From Deltaproteobacteria bacterium (lineage in GTDB: Bacteria; Desulfobacterota; Binatia; HRBIN30; CADEER01): a DNA stretch of 64,000 nucleotides. Positions 62,166-64,000 of the stretch are shown here, one piece after another. The DNA lies in contig JANRJF010000068.1 in NCBI GenBank assembly GCA_033764095.1, positions 4,199 to 68,198 of the forward strand. Reading direction: 5' to 3'. The stretch's first letter is position 1. Each line of letters opens with the position of its first letter. The notes under the pieces are model-generated. The model had not been told where the DNA came from, did not search any database, and saw nothing but the letters and a program-made list of their open reading frames with translations. The position numbers and the translations under genes were made by a program.

Positions 62166-63404
62166 TCAGAAGGTCAGCGTGATCGGGCCGACGCGACCGG
62201 CGAGCGCCAGGGGCGAGACGCCGGTCTCCGGCGCGGTCGGCGCCGCCGGCGAACCGGGGATGGCGCGCAGCCGCGCCTGCAACTGGCGGCGCGCGCGCGC
62301 GAAGACGTCGGGACTGACGGCGGCCGCGAGCTGCGCCGGGTACTGGATCGACAGCGGGTCGACGTATTCGCCGCGCTCGAAGATGGCGAAGTGCAGATGC
62401 GGGCCGGTCGCCAGGCCGCTCTGCCCGACCCACCCGAGCAGCTGACCACGCGCGATGCGCGCGCCGTTGGCGACGCCCGGCGCGATGCCCTGCAGGTGCG
62501 CGTACGCGGACACGAGCTCGTCGCCGTGGTCGAGCTCGATGTAGGTGCCGAAGCCGTTCTTCACGCCGGCGAAGCGCACCGCGCCGGGGCCGATGGCGCG
62601 CACCGGCGTGCCGGCCGGGGCGGCGAAATCGACGCCGTGATGCGGGCGGTTGGTGGCCAGGATCGGATGGAAGCGCGCCTCGGAAAAGGCGGAGGAGATG
62701 CGCGTGAACTCGAGCGGGAAGCGCAGCGGCGCGCCGTCCAGCTGGCGGCCCTGGTCGTCGACGTAGACGCCGGCCTCGCCGTCCTCTTCGGGCGCGATCC
62801 AGTAGGCGGAGGCGCTGTCGGCGCGCCCGGCGTACTCGACCGCCAGCACGCGGCCGGGGCGCAACGGCCGTCCGTCGAGCGTCGTGCGCTGCTCCCACAA
62901 TACCTGGAAGCGATCGCCGCGGTGCAGGTCGGCTTTGAAGTCGAGCCGCCAGCTCAACAGATCGACGAGCTGCGAGGTCACCGCGTCGGGAATTCCAGCG
63001 CGCATCGCCGCATCCGGGAAGCTGCGGCCGACGCTACCGCGCGCCCCGACGCTGCGCACCCGCACCGGCTGCGGTTCGCGCCGCGCCTTCAGCCGGCCGG
63101 CGTTGCCGCGCTCGACCGCCAGCCGATCCTCGCCGTCGAGGTCGTAGCGCAACGCTACCAGGCGACCGCGCGCGTCGAGCTCCAGGCGCAGCGCGCGTCC
63201 GGCGACCAGGCGGGCGAGATCGACCACCGGTCGCGCCGCGCGCCGCCAGCGCGCGATCTCGTCGCTGGCGATGCCGTTCGCGGCGAGCAGCGCCGCGAAG
63301 CTGTCGCTCGGCGTGACGAGATGCACGACGCTGCGCACGCTGCCGGCGCGATCGCCGGCGGTGGCGCGCGGCAGCGCCGCGGCGCACACCGGCACCAACA
63401 GCAT
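62166..63404 (-). CDS. M23 family metallopeptidase with signal/anchor
   Basis: HHGVDFAAPAGTPV and GPHLHFAIFERGEYVDP. Start set at MLLVPVCAAALPRA. The track ORF begins 51 codons upstream. Confidence 0.7.
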   Translation of the reverse strand: MLLVPVCAAALPRATAGDRAGSVRSVVHLVTPSDSFAALLAANGIASDEIARWRRAARPVVDLARLVAGRALRLELDARGRLVALRYDLDGEDRLAVERGNAGRLKARREPQPVRVRSVGARGSVGRSFPDAAMRAGIPDAVTSQLVDLLSWRLDFKADLHRGDRFQVLWEQRTTLDGRPLRPGRVLAVEYAGRADSASAYWIAPEEDGEAGVYVDDQGRQLDGAPLRFPLEFTRISSAFSEARFHPILATNRPHHGVDFAAPAGTPVRAIGPGAVRFAGVKNGFGTYIELDHGDELVSAYAHLQGIAPGVANGARIARGQLLGWVGQSGLATGPHLHFAIFERGEYVDPLSIQYPAQLAAAVSPDVFARARRQLQARLRAIPGSPAAPTAPETGVSPLALAGRVGPITLTF

Positions 63405-63622
63405 CGCGCCGATGACGACCTGCGCCGCGCGCGGCAGCACGCCCCTCCGCGCACTACACACGCCGGCCGCCGGGATGGTTCGGAACCACCCGTTCCCCCG
63501 CAGCCTCACTCGCATTTTGTGTGCCGGGACCCTGCCCGAGATCGCCGGCGGGGTCAAGAAACTTTGCCCGCGCCGGATGCGGCTGGTAGACGGGCCGCGA
63601 TGGCGCGACGAGAGCCGCTCTG

Positions 63623-64000
63623 ATGCGACGTGCGCTCGTCTGGTGCGGCGGCGTCGCGTTGCTGCTCGCCGCGGTGGCGGCGGGGGGTGCGTGGTGGGCG
63701 TGGCGCGCGCTGCACACGCCGGTCGCGCCCACGGCGCCGGGCATGGTGGTGGTGGTGCCGTCGGGGGAATCGTTTCGCGCCGTGACCAATCGGCTGCACG
63801 CCGCCGGCGTGCTGCCGCATCCGTGGCTGCTGGCGGCGTGGGCGCGCCTCACCGGCCTCGACCGCTCGGTGCGCAGCGGCGAGTTCCGCTTCGACACGCC
63901 GCGCTCGCCGCTCGAGGTGCTGACGCTGTTGCAGTCCCCGACCGACAGCGGCGCGTTGGTGACCATTCCCGAGGGCCTGACGGCGGAGCAGATCGCGGCG
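63623..64000 (+). CDS. mltG: Endolytic murein transglycosylase MltG/YceG family (3'-partial; runs off the window end)
   Basis: MRRALVWCGGVALLLAAVAAGGAWWAW TM anchor, then ...FRFDTPRSPLEVLTLLQSP...VTIPEG typical of YceG. Not in the track because there is no stop within the window. Confidence 0.6.
   Translation, partial: MRRALVWCGGVALLLAAVAAGGAWWAWRALHTPVAPTAPGMVVVVPSGESFRAVTNRLHAAGVLPHPWLLAAWARLTGLDRSVRSGEFRFDTPRSPLEVLTLLQSPTDSGALVTIPEGLTAEQIAA

Overview
This is a very GC-rich (about 70%) bacterial chromosomal segment, densely coding on both strands. Gene content suggests a Gram-negative, delta-proteobacteria/Myxococcota-like organism.

Recognisable content, in window order:
- a type IV minor-pilin/pseudopilin operon (315-2676);
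- a MetE-like methyltransferase, a histidine phosphatase and a DoxX protein;
- a lipoprotein and a large GT-C-like membrane protein;
- SppA peptidase and DUF1329, with its usual DUF1302 partner about 6 kb away;
- endonuclease III;
- an SDR gene divergent from a UbiA prenyltransferase (DPPR-synthase-like), cupin and NAD-dependent epimerase block;
- a lower-GC block with a PQQ-type beta-propeller lipoprotein and the DUF1302 barrel;
- comEC and comEA, divergently arranged;
- a thiolase-like / DUF35 / hydantoinase B / hydantoinase A cluster whose every intergenic spacer carries a related long palindromic repeat;
- an AurF-like di-iron protein, MlaC and MlaA, and an LLM-class oxidoreductase;
- a TPR protein and an alkaline-phosphatase-family protein with TPR repeats;
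- a Zn-dependent alcohol dehydrogenase and a second GT-C-like membrane protein;
- a low-molecular-weight protein tyrosine phosphatase, a second SDR and a NUDIX protein;
- two tandem paralogous secreted Cys-containing proteins of a family I do not recognise, followed by a thrombospondin-type-3 (TSP3) repeat protein;
- rpoD, myo-inositol-1-phosphate synthase, two M23 peptidases and a 1615-aa NAD-specific glutamate dehydrogenase;
- a GNAT acetyltransferase, an RlmD/RumA-family methyltransferase, a MaoC dehydratase, an inositol-monophosphatase-family protein, a glycerophosphodiester phosphodiesterase and the 5' end of mltG.

I found no rRNA, tRNA, CRISPR array, transposase or integrase.

The most interesting points for follow-up:
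- a family of MITE-like palindromic elements with a GATGAACACAGA core inside the hydantoinase/thiolase cluster;
- a 29-bp near-perfect inverted repeat pair flanking 129 bp at 31.8-32.0 kb;
- the tandem secreted paralogs at 39.8-42.0 kb;
- a DPPR-synthase-like prenyltransferase/epimerase/SDR set next to GT-C-like membrane proteins, pointing to a polyprenyl-phospho-sugar envelope glycosylation route;
- a compositionally distinct island carrying the DUF1302 barrel and the propeller lipoprotein.

Many long alternative-frame ORFs in the six-frame track are GC artefacts and were rejected.
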